Of a DNA stretch of 52,027 nt, positions 10,348 to 20,537 are shown in pieces (the first letter of the stretch is position 1; every line of letters starts with the position of its first letter). The stretch covers positions 1 through 52,027 of the forward strand of contig JAJDEG010000123.1 of assembly GCA_029259895.1 (NCBI GenBank), in the 5' to 3' direction. The notes beneath the pieces are model-generated. The model saw only the letters and a program-made list of their open reading frames with translations. It had not been told where the DNA came from and ran no database searches. Source of the stretch: Planctomycetota bacterium. GTDB lineage: Bacteria; Planctomycetota; Planctomycetia; Pirellulales; PLA5. The translations under genes and the position numbers were made by a program.

Positions 10348-11010
10348 ATGGAATTCATAACCCTTTGTTTTTCGTTACCGGTTCTGCCGTTCACCGTCCT
10401 GTTGATCGTCGTGTTCCTGTATTGGACGCTGGTGATCGTCGGGGCACTTGCGCCGGATTCGTTACATATCGACGTCGACGGAGATTTGCACGCGGATATC
10501 CACGCCGATGTCCATGCCGATGCCGGGCACATGGACGTCGGCGGCTCGGCCCTGATGGGCGCATTGAAGTTCGTCAATGTCGGCGAAGTGCCGCTGATGG
10601 TGGTGGCCAGTTTTTTCATATTCACCCTGTGGGCCTGCACGCTGATTTCCAACCATTACCTCGGCGCGACGCTCGGTGCGTTCGTATCGATCATCATGCT
10701 CGTACCGAATGTGATCGTCAGTGCGCTGGTCGCCAAGGTCGTCACGACGCCGTTCAAGTTCATGTTCAAGCACATCAACGCGGGGATCGCCGCCCCGGCC
10801 AAAATTGTGGGCAACACTTGTATCGTTAAAACGCCTGAAGTCGACGACACGTCGGGCCAGGCCGAAATGAAGACGGACAGCTCGCCGCTGTTGCTCAACG
10901 TTCGCACGAAACCGGGCGAAACGCTCGCCAAGGGTGACGAAGCACTGGTCGTCGCCCACGATCCACAACGGGACATTTATACGGTCGTCAAGTTCGACCT
11001 GGAGATGTAG
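10348..11010 (+). CDS. YqiJ/DUF1449-like membrane protein with a C-terminal NfeD-like OB fold
   Basis: ATG at 10348 after GGGAGG; hydrophobic helices, an Asp/His-rich loop (DVDGDLHADIHADVHAD) and VGEVPLM; directly upstream of the flotillin gene. Confidence 0.8.
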   Translation: MEFITLCFSLPVLPFTVLLIVVFLYWTLVIVGALAPDSLHIDVDGDLHADIHADVHADAGHMDVGGSALMGALKFVNVGEVPLMVVASFFIFTLWACTLISNHYLGATLGAFVSIIMLVPNVIVSALVAKVVTTPFKFMFKHINAGIAAPAKIVGNTCIVKTPEVDDTSGQAEMKTDSSPLLLNVRTKPGETLAKGDEALVVAHDPQRDIYTVVKFDLEM

Positions 11011-11012
11011 TC

Positions 11013-13109
11013 ATGGGAATCTGGGAAATGATTTTCTATGTCGGTCTATCGCTGCTTGTCGTCGTAGGCATCGGCTTTCTGATCCTGCTTGTCAACTGCT
11101 ATAAGAAAGTCGAGCAGGGTACGGCCGTCGTGCGCAACGGCGTCGGCGGCACGCGGGTGAGCTTCTCCGGCATCTTCGTGATTCCGGTGTTCCATCGCAG
11201 CGAGCGGATGGACATCTCGGTCAAACGCATCGAAATCTACCGCCACGGGGCGGAAGGTTTGATCTGCAACGACAACATCCGCGCCGACATCAAAGTCGCG
11301 TTCTTCGTTCGCGTCAACCAGACGCAGCAAGACGTGATGCACGTCGCCCAATTGCTCGGCTGCACCCGCGCGTCGGAGGAGCGGCCGCTGGTCGAACTGT
11401 TCGACGCCAAGTTTTCCGAAGCGCTCAAGACGGTCGGCAAGCAGTTCGATTTCGTCGATCTGTACAACTCGCGCGAACGGTTCAAGGGCGAGATTCTCAA
11501 GACGATCGGCACGGACTTAAACGGCTACGTCCTCGACGACGCGGCGATCGACTACCTCGAGCAAACGCCCATCGAGAAGCTCAATCAGGATAACATTCTC
11601 GACGCCGAGGGCATCAAGAAGATCACCGACCTCACCGCCAAGCAGCAGGTGCTCTCGAACAGCATCCGCCGCGAGCGGGAAAAGATGATCACGAAGCAGG
11701 ACGTCGAGGCCCGCGAGGCGATTCTCGAGCTCGAGCGCCAACAGGCCGAAGCGGAAGAAAAGCAGCACCGCGAAATCTCCGAAGTGCAGTCGCGGCAGCG
11801 GGCCGAAGCCGAGATCATCGCCCAACAGGAGCGACGCCGCAGCGAGCAGGCTCGCATCGCGGCCGAGGAAGAAATCCAGATCGCCGAGGAGAACAAGCAG
11901 CGGCAGATCATCGTCGCCTTGAAGAACAAGGAACGGACGACGGCGGTCGAGACGGAACGGGTGGAGCGCGACCGGTTGCTCGAAGTCACCGAGCGCGAAC
12001 GGATCGTTACGTTGGCCGAGATCGAAAAGGAAAAGGCCGTCGAAGTCGAGCGCAAGATTATCCAGGACGTGATCCGCGAACGGGTCGTCGTCGAGCGGGC
12101 CGTCGTCGAGGAACAAGAGAAGATCAAGGACACGCAAGAGTTCGCCACCGCGGACCGAGCGAAGAAAGTAGCCGTCACACAGGCCGAAGCAAAGGCGCAA
12201 GAATCGTTGGTTCGCGAAGTGCAGGCCGCCGAGGCGTCGAAGCAATCGGCGACCCGGCTGGCAGAGCAAAAGCTGGTCGAAGCGGAAGCCGACCGGGCCG
12301 CGGCCGAGAAGCAGACCGAGGCCAAGAAAATGCTGGCCGAAGCACGAACCGCCGAAGAGGCCGCCACAGGCTTGGCCGAGGCCCGCGTGCTCACCGCCAA
12401 GGCCGATGCCGTCGAAAAGCACGGCACGGCCGAAGCGGTCGTCGTCGAGCGCAAGGCCGTCGCCGAGGCCAAGGGCCTGGTCGCCCGCGCCGATGCCGTC
12501 GAGAAGGAAGGCACGGCGGAAGCCAAAGTACTCGAACTGAAGGCCACGGCCGATGCCGAGGGCATCAAGCAGAAGGCCGAGGCGATGAAGCTGTTCGACG
12601 GTGTGGGCCGCGAGCACGAAGAATTCAAGCTGCGTCTGCATAAGGACCGCGACATCGAGTTGGCCGAAATCGCCGCGCAGAAGGATATCGCGTCGAGCCA
12701 GGCGATGGTGGTCAGCGAAGCGCTCAAGAGCGCCAAGATCGACATCGTCGGCGGCGATACAACGTTCTTCGACCGGATCGTGGCCAGCGTGTCGAGTGGC
12801 AAGGCCATCGACCGGCTGGTCGACCACAGCGACCTGCTGACCGATGTGCGGCATTCGATGCTCAACGGTGAAGCCGACGGCGAAAGGCTGCAAGATCGGA
12901 TCGCGTCGATGGCCAAGAAGTTCGGCATCACGACCGAGGACGTCAAGAACCTGACGATCTCGGCGCTGGTGTTGAAGATGATTGGCCTTGCCGATAACGA
13001 CGGAGCCCGCGGCGAACTGAGCAGTCTGTTGGATCGCGTCCGGCATAGCAAGCTCGGCGACGCGCTGGCCTCGACGCTGAACCTGGGCAAGGCGGCGGCG
13101 AAGAAATAG
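11013..13109 (+). CDS. Flotillin-like SPFH protein (YqiK-like)
   Basis: N-terminal TM helix, SPFH domain (GLICNDNIRADIKVAFFVRV) and a long AEA-rich coiled coil. Confidence 0.88.
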   Translation: MGIWEMIFYVGLSLLVVVGIGFLILLVNCYKKVEQGTAVVRNGVGGTRVSFSGIFVIPVFHRSERMDISVKRIEIYRHGAEGLICNDNIRADIKVAFFVRVNQTQQDVMHVAQLLGCTRASEERPLVELFDAKFSEALKTVGKQFDFVDLYNSRERFKGEILKTIGTDLNGYVLDDAAIDYLEQTPIEKLNQDNILDAEGIKKITDLTAKQQVLSNSIRREREKMITKQDVEAREAILELERQQAEAEEKQHREISEVQSRQRAEAEIIAQQERRRSEQARIAAEEEIQIAEENKQRQIIVALKNKERTTAVETERVERDRLLEVTERERIVTLAEIEKEKAVEVERKIIQDVIRERVVVERAVVEEQEKIKDTQEFATADRAKKVAVTQAEAKAQESLVREVQAAEASKQSATRLAEQKLVEAEADRAAAEKQTEAKKMLAEARTAEEAATGLAEARVLTAKADAVEKHGTAEAVVVERKAVAEAKGLVARADAVEKEGTAEAKVLELKATADAEGIKQKAEAMKLFDGVGREHEEFKLRLHKDRDIELAEIAAQKDIASSQAMVVSEALKSAKIDIVGGDTTFFDRIVASVSSGKAIDRLVDHSDLLTDVRHSMLNGEADGERLQDRIASMAKKFGITTEDVKNLTISALVLKMIGLADNDGARGELSSLLDRVRHSKLGDALASTLNLGKAAAKK

Positions 13110-13135
13110 CGCGGTTGTGGTGTGATATACGAAAC

Positions 13136-13219
13136 GAACCGCAAAGGCGCAGAGTCGCAAAGGAATACAGAATCGACGCCAACGATCTCGCCCTCTGCGT
13201 CTCCGCGCCTTTGCGGTTC
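13136..13219. repeat. Palindromic intergenic element (CGCAAAGG/CGCAGAG-type)
   Basis: gaaccgcaaaggcgcagag ... ctccgcgcctttgcggttc inverted arms; a related element lies at 51703-51846. Confidence 0.7.
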
Positions 13220-13305
13220 ATTTCCCTACACGATCGGCGCTTGTTGTGAATCGCGCAGCAACGCCTTCTCGACGCTATGTGTCATTGGATTGGGACTGAC
13301 CGGAC

Positions 13306-16300
13306 ATGTCGGACGCCGCGAAAGCCACTGATGAGCAAACCAGCGCCGGCAATGCGGCGTCCACGGCGGCGTCCACTGCGGCGTCCACTGCGTCGTCCGA
13401 CGTGCAGCTCGATCGCGGCACGTATGAGATCATCCGCCAGCGTCTTGATGGCCATGCCGCGGAGCTGAAAGCTCGCCTCGAACGGCTCAACGACGCTCGC
13501 CGCGACGTCTTTGGCTCCATCGAGACGAAGCTGCTGGCCACCGAGCGAATCACGACCAGCAACAACTGCATCGCCCGCGATATGGTGGCGATCGGCGAGC
13601 GGTTCTTGTTCGGCTACAACGTCCACCTGGGGCTGAAGACCGAAACCGATCTGGCCGACGTGCTGGCGGTGCAGCGCTTCGACGGCGCGGCGTTCCACGA
13701 AGAATCGTTCGACCTCTTGGCCGACCCGCGGTTTGAAAACGATTTCAAGCAGCTCTACAAGTATTACAAGAACACGACGTTCTCGCGGTTCTACCACCAC
13801 GGGCCGGCGCTGTACCTGGTGTTTCAAGTCGGCAAGTCGGCCAGCGACATCAAGTCGTTCAAGTGGCTCATCGAAGGCGACGCTCTGCGGTACGTCGACA
13901 ACCGCAGCGACCACGAGGTCCGCTACCCGCCGCAGCACGAGTTCGAGTGGACGCGGACCCACCGCGATTTGCAGCGCAAGGGTTTGCACCCGCACATTTC
14001 GATTGAGGACCGGCTGTTCGTCGAGTGCGTCGGCGGCGACTTGACGATCAAGATCGAGGACAACACCGACAGCGGCGAGGGCATCTTCCGCGAGCCGGTC
14101 GAAAACGCCGATCAGACTCTCGACGACGCCGAAATATTCTTTGCTTCGCTCGGCAACATCATTCTGCTCAAGATACGGCCGTATCAAGAAAAGGCGTTCC
14201 GCTACATCGCCTACAACGAGAAAGTGCAGAAGGCGATCCGCATCGACGCCGTCGAACAGGCGTGCGTGCTGCTGCCTGAAGATCACGGCGTGATTTTTTC
14301 CAGCGGCTACCTGCTGCAAACCGGCGAGCACAAGACGTTCGACAGCGGCCTCTCCGGCTTGATGTTCGACCACAAGGTCATCTCGCCCAACGGCGAGGAC
14401 GTGCTGTACGTGTTCTATCATCCGGAGTCGGGCCAGCACGTACTGCTGTCGTACAACCTGATCGAGCAGCGCGTCGACACGCCGATCGTGTGCCACGGCT
14501 ACGCGCTGTTCGAGACCGGCAAGCTGCTATTCTTCAAGGCGGTCGACCAGACGCAAAAGCACCACGCTATTCAAGTCTGGCAAACGCCGTATCTAGGGGC
14601 CGACTTCGCCATGCCGGTCGGAGACGCGGCCAAGAGCGACTCGCTGCTGTTCAAGATCGGCAACCGCGACGTGGTCCGCGCGATGGCCGAGTGCCACGAA
14701 ATCATCGGCCTCACGTCGAAAGACGACACGTACGCCAACCTGTACGTCGACGTGGTGAAACTGGCCGGCGACGTGCTCGACACGTACCACTGGCTTGGAA
14801 ATGCCGAGGCGAGCAACCTCGCGGAGACTCTCGGCGAAATCCGCAGCGCGGCCGCCGCCGCCGTCGACGAGTTCGACAAAGTCGTCCGCGTCCGCCGCAC
14901 CACGCAGCAACGGTTTGAAAAAGTCGCCGGCGACGCCAAGAAGCTGCTCTCGTCGGTCGGGGCGAAGCGGTACGAAGCGATCAACGACTACGTGGCGTCG
15001 CTGGCCGAGTTGCGGCGTGCTCGCGGCGACGTGATCGGACTGCGCGACTTGCGATACGTCGATCGGCCGGCCGTCGATGGCCTGGAAAAACAGATCAGCA
15101 CGCAGGCCGACCGGCTGGCCGCCAAATCGGTCGAGTTCCTGCTCAAGCCGGATGCCCTGGCCACCTACGAACAACGCATCGCCGCGCTGCGCAGTCGGAT
15201 TGACGAAGTGCCTACGGCCACCGAGGCCAAGAAGCTCGACGAAGAGTTCGCCGCGGCCGGCGGCGAGCTAGAGATGCTCATCGACGTGGTGGGCAATCTC
15301 AAGATCGACGACGCCACGCGCCGCACGGCGATCATCGACAACATCTCGACGATCTACTCGCAGCTCAATCAAGCGCGCGCCGAACTGAAGAAGAAGGCCA
15401 AGGAACTGCTCTCCGTCGAGGGCGTGGCCGAGTTCGCCGCGCAGATGAAGTTGCTCGGCCAGGCGGTGACGAACTACCTCGATCTGTGCAACGATCCGCG
15501 CAAGTGCGACGAGTATCTCACCAAGGTGATGGTGCAGATCGAGGAGCTCGAAGGCCGGTTCGCCGAGTTCGACGAGTTCATCGAGCAACTCGCCGCCAAG
15601 CGCGACGAAGTCTACACCGCCTTCGACAGCCGCAAGGTCTCGATCGTCGAGGCCCAGAACAAGCGGGCCGCTTCGCTGCAGGCCGCCGCCGACCGGATCA
15701 TCAAGGGCATCGCCACGCGGGTGGGCGGCTTCAAGGAAGCGGCCGACATCCACGCCTATTTCGCCGCCGACCTGATGATCGAAAAGGTCCGCGACCTGGT
15801 CCGCCAACTCGGCGAACTAGGCGACTCGGTCAAGGTCGACGAGATTCAAAGCCGGTTAAAAACGGTCCGCGAAGATTCCCTGCGGCAACTCAAGGATCGC
15901 AAGGAACTGTTCGTCGACGGCCAGAACGCGATCCGTCTCGGCAAGCATGCCTTTACCGTTAATACGCAGACGCTCGACCTGACCACCGTGCTAAAAAGCG
16001 GGCGGTTGTGCTTCCACCTCGCCGGCACAAACTTCATCGAGCCGGTCACGGACGAGACGATGCTCTCGGCCAAGGACTTGTGGGATCAAGAGGTCGTATC
16101 GGAAAGCGACGAAGTTTACCGCGGCGAGTATTTGGCGTATCGGATGCTGCGTGAACTAGAGGAAGGCCCGGCAGCGGAACTCGACGCCGCGTCGCGCCTC
16201 GATGAAACGGCCCTGCTCGTCCAAGTACAGCAATTCATGTCCCCGCGGTATGCAGAGGGCTACGTCAAGGGCGTACACGACCAGGACGCCGCGAAATTGT

Positions 16301-18693
16301 TCAAGGCCGTGCTGGAGGTCCGCGCATCGATCGGATTGCTGCGGTTTCATCCGCGGGCCAGAGCGCTGGCGGTCTTGTGCTGGCTCGACAAGGAAGACGC
16401 CGCTCGCAAGAAGCACCTCGCGCTAAAGTTTCGCGGAGCGGGAGCCGTCGCCAAGGCGTTTCCGGGCGTCGATATCGCCGAAGCCTACGTCGCCGCGCTA
16501 CGGCCGATTCTCGCCGCATTCGTCCACCGCACGAGCCTGTTCCCCGAGTCGCTCGTCGAACAAGCCGCGGAATACTTGTTCGAGGAGCTTTCGCAGCACG
16601 AGTACTTCGCCTTGCACGAAAAGACGGCGTCGCTGCTGCGCGAGTTCAACGCCTACTTGGACAAGCATCGACTCCGCGAGTCGTACACCAGTTCGCTCGA
16701 GCCGTTGTTGAATAACGCCGAAGCGGCGTTCGTGCTGCTCCGCGATTGGGTCGGGTCGTTCTTGCGGCAACGCGGCGAGGGCGAAGACGCCGTGTACGCC
16801 GACGCCGTGGCCGTTTCGCTTCAATATCGCACGCCGGTCGAGCGCCCCGTTCTCGCCGGCACGTCGACACGGGAGATTCCCGGTCTGCTCGGTCAGCACG
16901 CCACAATCGACAACGGAACCTACCGCCTCGACTACAACGCGTTCCGCCTCAAGCTCCGCCGCTACGAGCGGGACGTTGTCCCCCGGTTCGAGGCGTATCA
17001 CGCGGCCAAGAAGTCGCTGCTCGACACGAAGCGCCATCAGCTTAAGCTCGAAGAATTCAAGCCCCGCGTGCTCACGTCCTTCGTCCGCAATCGGCTGCTC
17101 GATCAAGTGTTGCTACCTGTCATCGGCGACAACCTAGCCAAGCAAATCGGTGTGTTGGGCGAGGACAAACGCACCGACTTGATGGGCCTGCTGCTGCTCG
17201 TCTCGCCGCCGGGCTACGGCAAGACGACGCTGATGGAATACATCGCCAACCGGCTCGGCATCACGTTCGTCAAAATCAATGGCCCGGCGATCGGCCACGG
17301 CGTCACGTCGCTCGATCCGACCGAAGCCCCCAATGCCGGCGCTCGCGAGGAAGTCAACAAGCTCAACCTGGCGCTCGAGATGGGCGACAACGTGATGCTG
17401 TACATCGACGACATCCAGCATTGCAATCCGGAGTTCCTGCAAAAATTCATCTCGCTCTGCGACGCCCAGCGAAAGATCGAAGGCGTGTATCAAGGCCGCA
17501 CGCGGACCTACGACCTGCGCGGCCGCAAGGTCTGCGTCGTGATGGCCGGCAATCCGTACACCGAGAGCGGCGAAAAGTTCAAGATACCCGACATGCTCGC
17601 CAATCGCGCCGACGTCTACAACCTCGGCGACATCGCCGGCGGAAGCGCCGAGGCATTCCGCTTGAGCTATCTCGAAAACGCGCTCACCTCGAACGCGGCT
17701 TTGTCGGTGATCGCCTCGCGGAGCCACAAGGACGTGTACGGTGTGGTCAAGATCGCCGAGACCGGCTCGGCCGAAGGCGTCGAGTGGGACGCGACCTATT
17801 CCAGCGAGGAACTGGCCGACGCCGTGGCCGTGATGAAGAAGCTGTTCCGCGTCCGCGACGTGCTGCTGCGGGTGAACGAGGAATACATCCGCTCCGCCGC
17901 ACAGGCCGACGAGTTCCGCACGGAGCCGGCGTTCAAGCTGCAAGGCTCGTATCGCGATATGAACAAGTTGGCCGAGCGGGTCGTGCCCATAATGAACGAC
18001 GCGGAGCTTTCCGCGATGATCGACGCGCACTATCGCAACCAGGCCCAAACGCTCACCACCGGCGCGGAAGCGAACCTGCTCAAGTTCAAGGTCATGTTCG
18101 GTCACTCGACGGCGGACGAAGCCGAACGCTGGGAAAACATCGGCCGCACGTACCAGCGCAACCAGATGCTCCGCGGCGTGGGGTCCGACGACAAGACGGG
18201 CTTGGTGATCGCCCAGTTGACGGCGCTCGGCGAAGGCCTGACGGCGATCAACAAGTCGCTCGGCGGCGCAGTGGAACGGATGGACCAGCCGCGCGAGACG
18301 GCCCAACCAATCGTCGCCACAGAACACGTCGCCGCGGCCCTCGCTCATTTGGAGACGCTCGGCCAAAGTCTCAGCGCCGTGCAAGAAACACTTGCGGACG
18401 GGGCGGGCAAACTCGGCAAATCCCTTTCCGCCAAGGCCAAGAAAAAGGACCAACCGGCCGTGCCGGCCACGGTCCACGTCGTCAATCGCGTGCCGCGGGC
18501 ATTTCTCGACGTCATTCAGACGCAGTTTCAGTTGCTCTACGCCTGGATGAAAGCCAGCGTGGCGGAAAAGGCCATGCCCGGCGGCGGTCCCGGCGACGGT
18601 GAAAAGTTTCGCAAGGCGGTCGACGAAACGATGCAGCGCTATCAAGTGCTGATCGAAAAGCTCGAACAAGGCGCGCAGCGCGGCAGCGGCTGA
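13306..18693 (+). CDS. Giant AAA+ ATPase ('DNA repair ATPase'/DUF3686-type) in the yqiJ-yqiK cluster
   Basis: 1795 aa; Walker A variant LVSPPGYGKT, Walker B MLYIDDIQH, AGNPY and LANRAD motifs; coiled-coil middle region. Confidence 0.8.
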   Translation: MSDAAKATDEQTSAGNAASTAASTAASTASSDVQLDRGTYEIIRQRLDGHAAELKARLERLNDARRDVFGSIETKLLATERITTSNNCIARDMVAIGERFLFGYNVHLGLKTETDLADVLAVQRFDGAAFHEESFDLLADPRFENDFKQLYKYYKNTTFSRFYHHGPALYLVFQVGKSASDIKSFKWLIEGDALRYVDNRSDHEVRYPPQHEFEWTRTHRDLQRKGLHPHISIEDRLFVECVGGDLTIKIEDNTDSGEGIFREPVENADQTLDDAEIFFASLGNIILLKIRPYQEKAFRYIAYNEKVQKAIRIDAVEQACVLLPEDHGVIFSSGYLLQTGEHKTFDSGLSGLMFDHKVISPNGEDVLYVFYHPESGQHVLLSYNLIEQRVDTPIVCHGYALFETGKLLFFKAVDQTQKHHAIQVWQTPYLGADFAMPVGDAAKSDSLLFKIGNRDVVRAMAECHEIIGLTSKDDTYANLYVDVVKLAGDVLDTYHWLGNAEASNLAETLGEIRSAAAAAVDEFDKVVRVRRTTQQRFEKVAGDAKKLLSSVGAKRYEAINDYVASLAELRRARGDVIGLRDLRYVDRPAVDGLEKQISTQADRLAAKSVEFLLKPDALATYEQRIAALRSRIDEVPTATEAKKLDEEFAAAGGELEMLIDVVGNLKIDDATRRTAIIDNISTIYSQLNQARAELKKKAKELLSVEGVAEFAAQMKLLGQAVTNYLDLCNDPRKCDEYLTKVMVQIEELEGRFAEFDEFIEQLAAKRDEVYTAFDSRKVSIVEAQNKRAASLQAAADRIIKGIATRVGGFKEAADIHAYFAADLMIEKVRDLVRQLGELGDSVKVDEIQSRLKTVREDSLRQLKDRKELFVDGQNAIRLGKHAFTVNTQTLDLTTVLKSGRLCFHLAGTNFIEPVTDETMLSAKDLWDQEVVSESDEVYRGEYLAYRMLRELEEGPAAELDAASRLDETALLVQVQQFMSPRYAEGYVKGVHDQDAAKLFKAVLEVRASIGLLRFHPRARALAVLCWLDKEDAARKKHLALKFRGAGAVAKAFPGVDIAEAYVAALRPILAAFVHRTSLFPESLVEQAAEYLFEELSQHEYFALHEKTASLLREFNAYLDKHRLRESYTSSLEPLLNNAEAAFVLLRDWVGSFLRQRGEGEDAVYADAVAVSLQYRTPVERPVLAGTSTREIPGLLGQHATIDNGTYRLDYNAFRLKLRRYERDVVPRFEAYHAAKKSLLDTKRHQLKLEEFKPRVLTSFVRNRLLDQVLLPVIGDNLAKQIGVLGEDKRTDLMGLLLLVSPPGYGKTTLMEYIANRLGITFVKINGPAIGHGVTSLDPTEAPNAGAREEVNKLNLALEMGDNVMLYIDDIQHCNPEFLQKFISLCDAQRKIEGVYQGRTRTYDLRGRKVCVVMAGNPYTESGEKFKIPDMLANRADVYNLGDIAGGSAEAFRLSYLENALTSNAALSVIASRSHKDVYGVVKIAETGSAEGVEWDATYSSEELADAVAVMKKLFRVRDVLLRVNEEYIRSAAQADEFRTEPAFKLQGSYRDMNKLAERVVPIMNDAELSAMIDAHYRNQAQTLTTGAEANLLKFKVMFGHSTADEAERWENIGRTYQRNQMLRGVGSDDKTGLVIAQLTALGEGLTAINKSLGGAVERMDQPRETAQPIVATEHVAAALAHLETLGQSLSAVQETLADGAGKLGKSLSAKAKKKDQPAVPATVHVVNRVPRAFLDVIQTQFQLLYAWMKASVAEKAMPGGGPGDGEKFRKAVDETMQRYQVLIEKLEQGAQRGSG

Positions 18694-18696
18694 CGA

Positions 18697-18783
18697 GTCA
18701 GGATTCAGCATTCGGCATTCAGGGCAAAGCTGTTCGGCGTTGCGCGATCGTTCAGTCATTTTCCCGAATCCTGAATACCGCTC
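18697..18783. repeat. Heptamer inverted-repeat element
   Basis: caggattcagcattcggcattcagg ... cccgaatcctgaatacc downstream of the ATPase. Confidence 0.5.
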
Positions 18784-18917
18784 CCCGTCGTAACAGGCTT
18801 CCATCGCGTCGCCGTGCGCCGTATTCTAGTGGTCATGCCACCCGCGAGACGTAGCCGCCTTCCCACGAAGGGCACGCGGCGAAGTGCTCGATTCTACGCG
18901 CGCGAGGACCATCCGCC

Positions 18918-19646
18918 ATGCCGATCGAATTCGCCTGCACTCACTGCGGCAAACAACTGCGCACTCCCGACGAAACGGCCGGCCGCCAGGCGAAATGCCC
19001 GCAATGCGGCGGCGTCGTGCCGATTCCGCAGGCGGCCGCGTTCGCAGCGGCATCGCCAGCCGCGCCGCCGCCGGACAGCGGACAGGACGAATTCAATTTC
19101 AATCCATACCAATCGCCAACGATTTCGGCGGCGTACCCTCGCCGCGGCAGGGAATATGGCGACGCGCAGCTGGCGTCGCTTGGGGCGCGATTGGGCGGCT
19201 GGCTCTTGGATTTGTTGTTCATGTTCGTCGGCGCGTTGCCCGGTATCATTCTCATGGTCGTCAACTCAGCAGCCGGTGCAGGTCGCGCCGTCGGTCGAGA
19301 CGAACGCGTCGTGGAGTTGATTACCAACATGGCGGGATCGGTTGGCTTGATGGCCTTGGGAGTCTTCGTCGTGGCCATTGTGAATTGGGTTTTGATCAGT
19401 CAGTCGGGCCAGTCGCTTGGCAAGAGAATCGTCGGGACGCGCATCGTGCGCCTCGACGGCAGCCTGCCCGGCTTCAGTTACGGCGTCGCCATGCGAGTTT
19501 GGCTTTTTGCGTTCATAAGCAATATCGTCGGCCTTATTCCGTTCATCGGCCATTTTTTCGGGCTGGTGAATGTCCTGTTCATCTTCGGCGATGAGCGGCG
19601 CTGTATTCACGACTATATCGCCGGCACGCGCGTGGTCGTTGCCTGA
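18918..19646 (+). CDS. Zinc-ribbon + RDD family membrane protein
   Basis: CTHC...CPQC zinc ribbon, NPYQSP, ASLGARLGGWLLD, GQSLGKRIVG and RRCIHDYIAGTRVV motifs. Confidence 0.9.
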   Translation: MPIEFACTHCGKQLRTPDETAGRQAKCPQCGGVVPIPQAAAFAAASPAAPPPDSGQDEFNFNPYQSPTISAAYPRRGREYGDAQLASLGARLGGWLLDLLFMFVGALPGIILMVVNSAAGAGRAVGRDERVVELITNMAGSVGLMALGVFVVAIVNWVLISQSGQSLGKRIVGTRIVRLDGSLPGFSYGVAMRVWLFAFISNIVGLIPFIGHFFGLVNVLFIFGDERRCIHDYIAGTRVVVA

Positions 19647-19682
19647 CGGTAATTCATCGGCATCGCGACGGGAAGGAGATTC

Positions 19683-20399
19683 ATGTCGATCGAGTTTTCA
19701 TGCCCGCACTGCGGCAAGCACCTGCGCACGCCCGACGAAACGGCCGGCCGCCAGGCGAAATGCCCGCAGTGCGGCGAATTGTCGCAAATCCCGATTGCCG
19801 CACTTGCTCCGGCACCGACCGTCGGAGATGCTTTTCACGGTACTGCCGGGCCAAGCGGCGAGTCATTCGAATTCAATCCCTATCAGTCGCCAACGACGAT
19901 CTCTGCGTCGCCAGCGACTCAGACGCGGTTCGATCCGCGCGATTTGGCATCGCTTGGCGCACGCCTCGGCGGCGCGATCCTCGACAACTTGATTTTCGTC
20001 GCCGCCGCGACGCCGGGATTCATTTTGCTCATTCAAAGCGAAGCGAATGGCCGCGCCGGTGCCGGACAGGATGAGGAGGCGATGTTCCTGGAGCCGACGG
20101 CCGGCGCGATGTTATTTTGGGCCGGCCTGCTCGCCGTGGGCATCGTCAACTGGATTTTGATCGCCCAGAGTGGCCAATCTCTGGCAAAAAAGATGATTGG
20201 CACGCGGATCATCCGCCTCGATGGCAGTCTGCCCGGATTCGGCTACGGCGTCGTAATGCGGTCGTGGCTACCGCAGGTCATCGGCGCGATTCCGATTGTC
20301 GGCGGCTTATTCGGATTGGCGGATACGCTGGCGATCTTCGGTAGCGAGCGGCGCTGCATCCACGACCATATTGCCGGCACGCGCGTCGTGCGGGCGTAG
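19683..20399 (+). CDS. Zinc-ribbon + RDD family membrane protein (tandem paralog)
   Basis: Same architecture as the previous gene; shares LRTPDETAGRQAKCPQCG and RRCIHD.IAGTRVV. Confidence 0.9.
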   Translation: MSIEFSCPHCGKHLRTPDETAGRQAKCPQCGELSQIPIAALAPAPTVGDAFHGTAGPSGESFEFNPYQSPTTISASPATQTRFDPRDLASLGARLGGAILDNLIFVAAATPGFILLIQSEANGRAGAGQDEEAMFLEPTAGAMLFWAGLLAVGIVNWILIAQSGQSLAKKMIGTRIIRLDGSLPGFGYGVVMRSWLPQVIGAIPIVGGLFGLADTLAIFGSERRCIHDHIAGTRVVRA

Positions 20400-20537
20400 G
20401 CGAGTGTCCGCCTCCGACGCCACGGTTGCATCGCGCTTTCTCGCGCTTCTTCCGGGGTTTGGGCGCGCTCCGCAGTTATCGCCCTCTCCGCTCTGCGGTT
20501 CGATGCCTACGGACGCCATCAAACGCGGGAGAAGACG

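Noticed and set aside
13334-13398. 12-nt tandem repeat (AAST x3) at the ATPase N-terminus, and GEN-GG repeats at 23341-23391
   Set aside because: Short in-frame slippage repeats in disordered linkers with no sign of a separate function.
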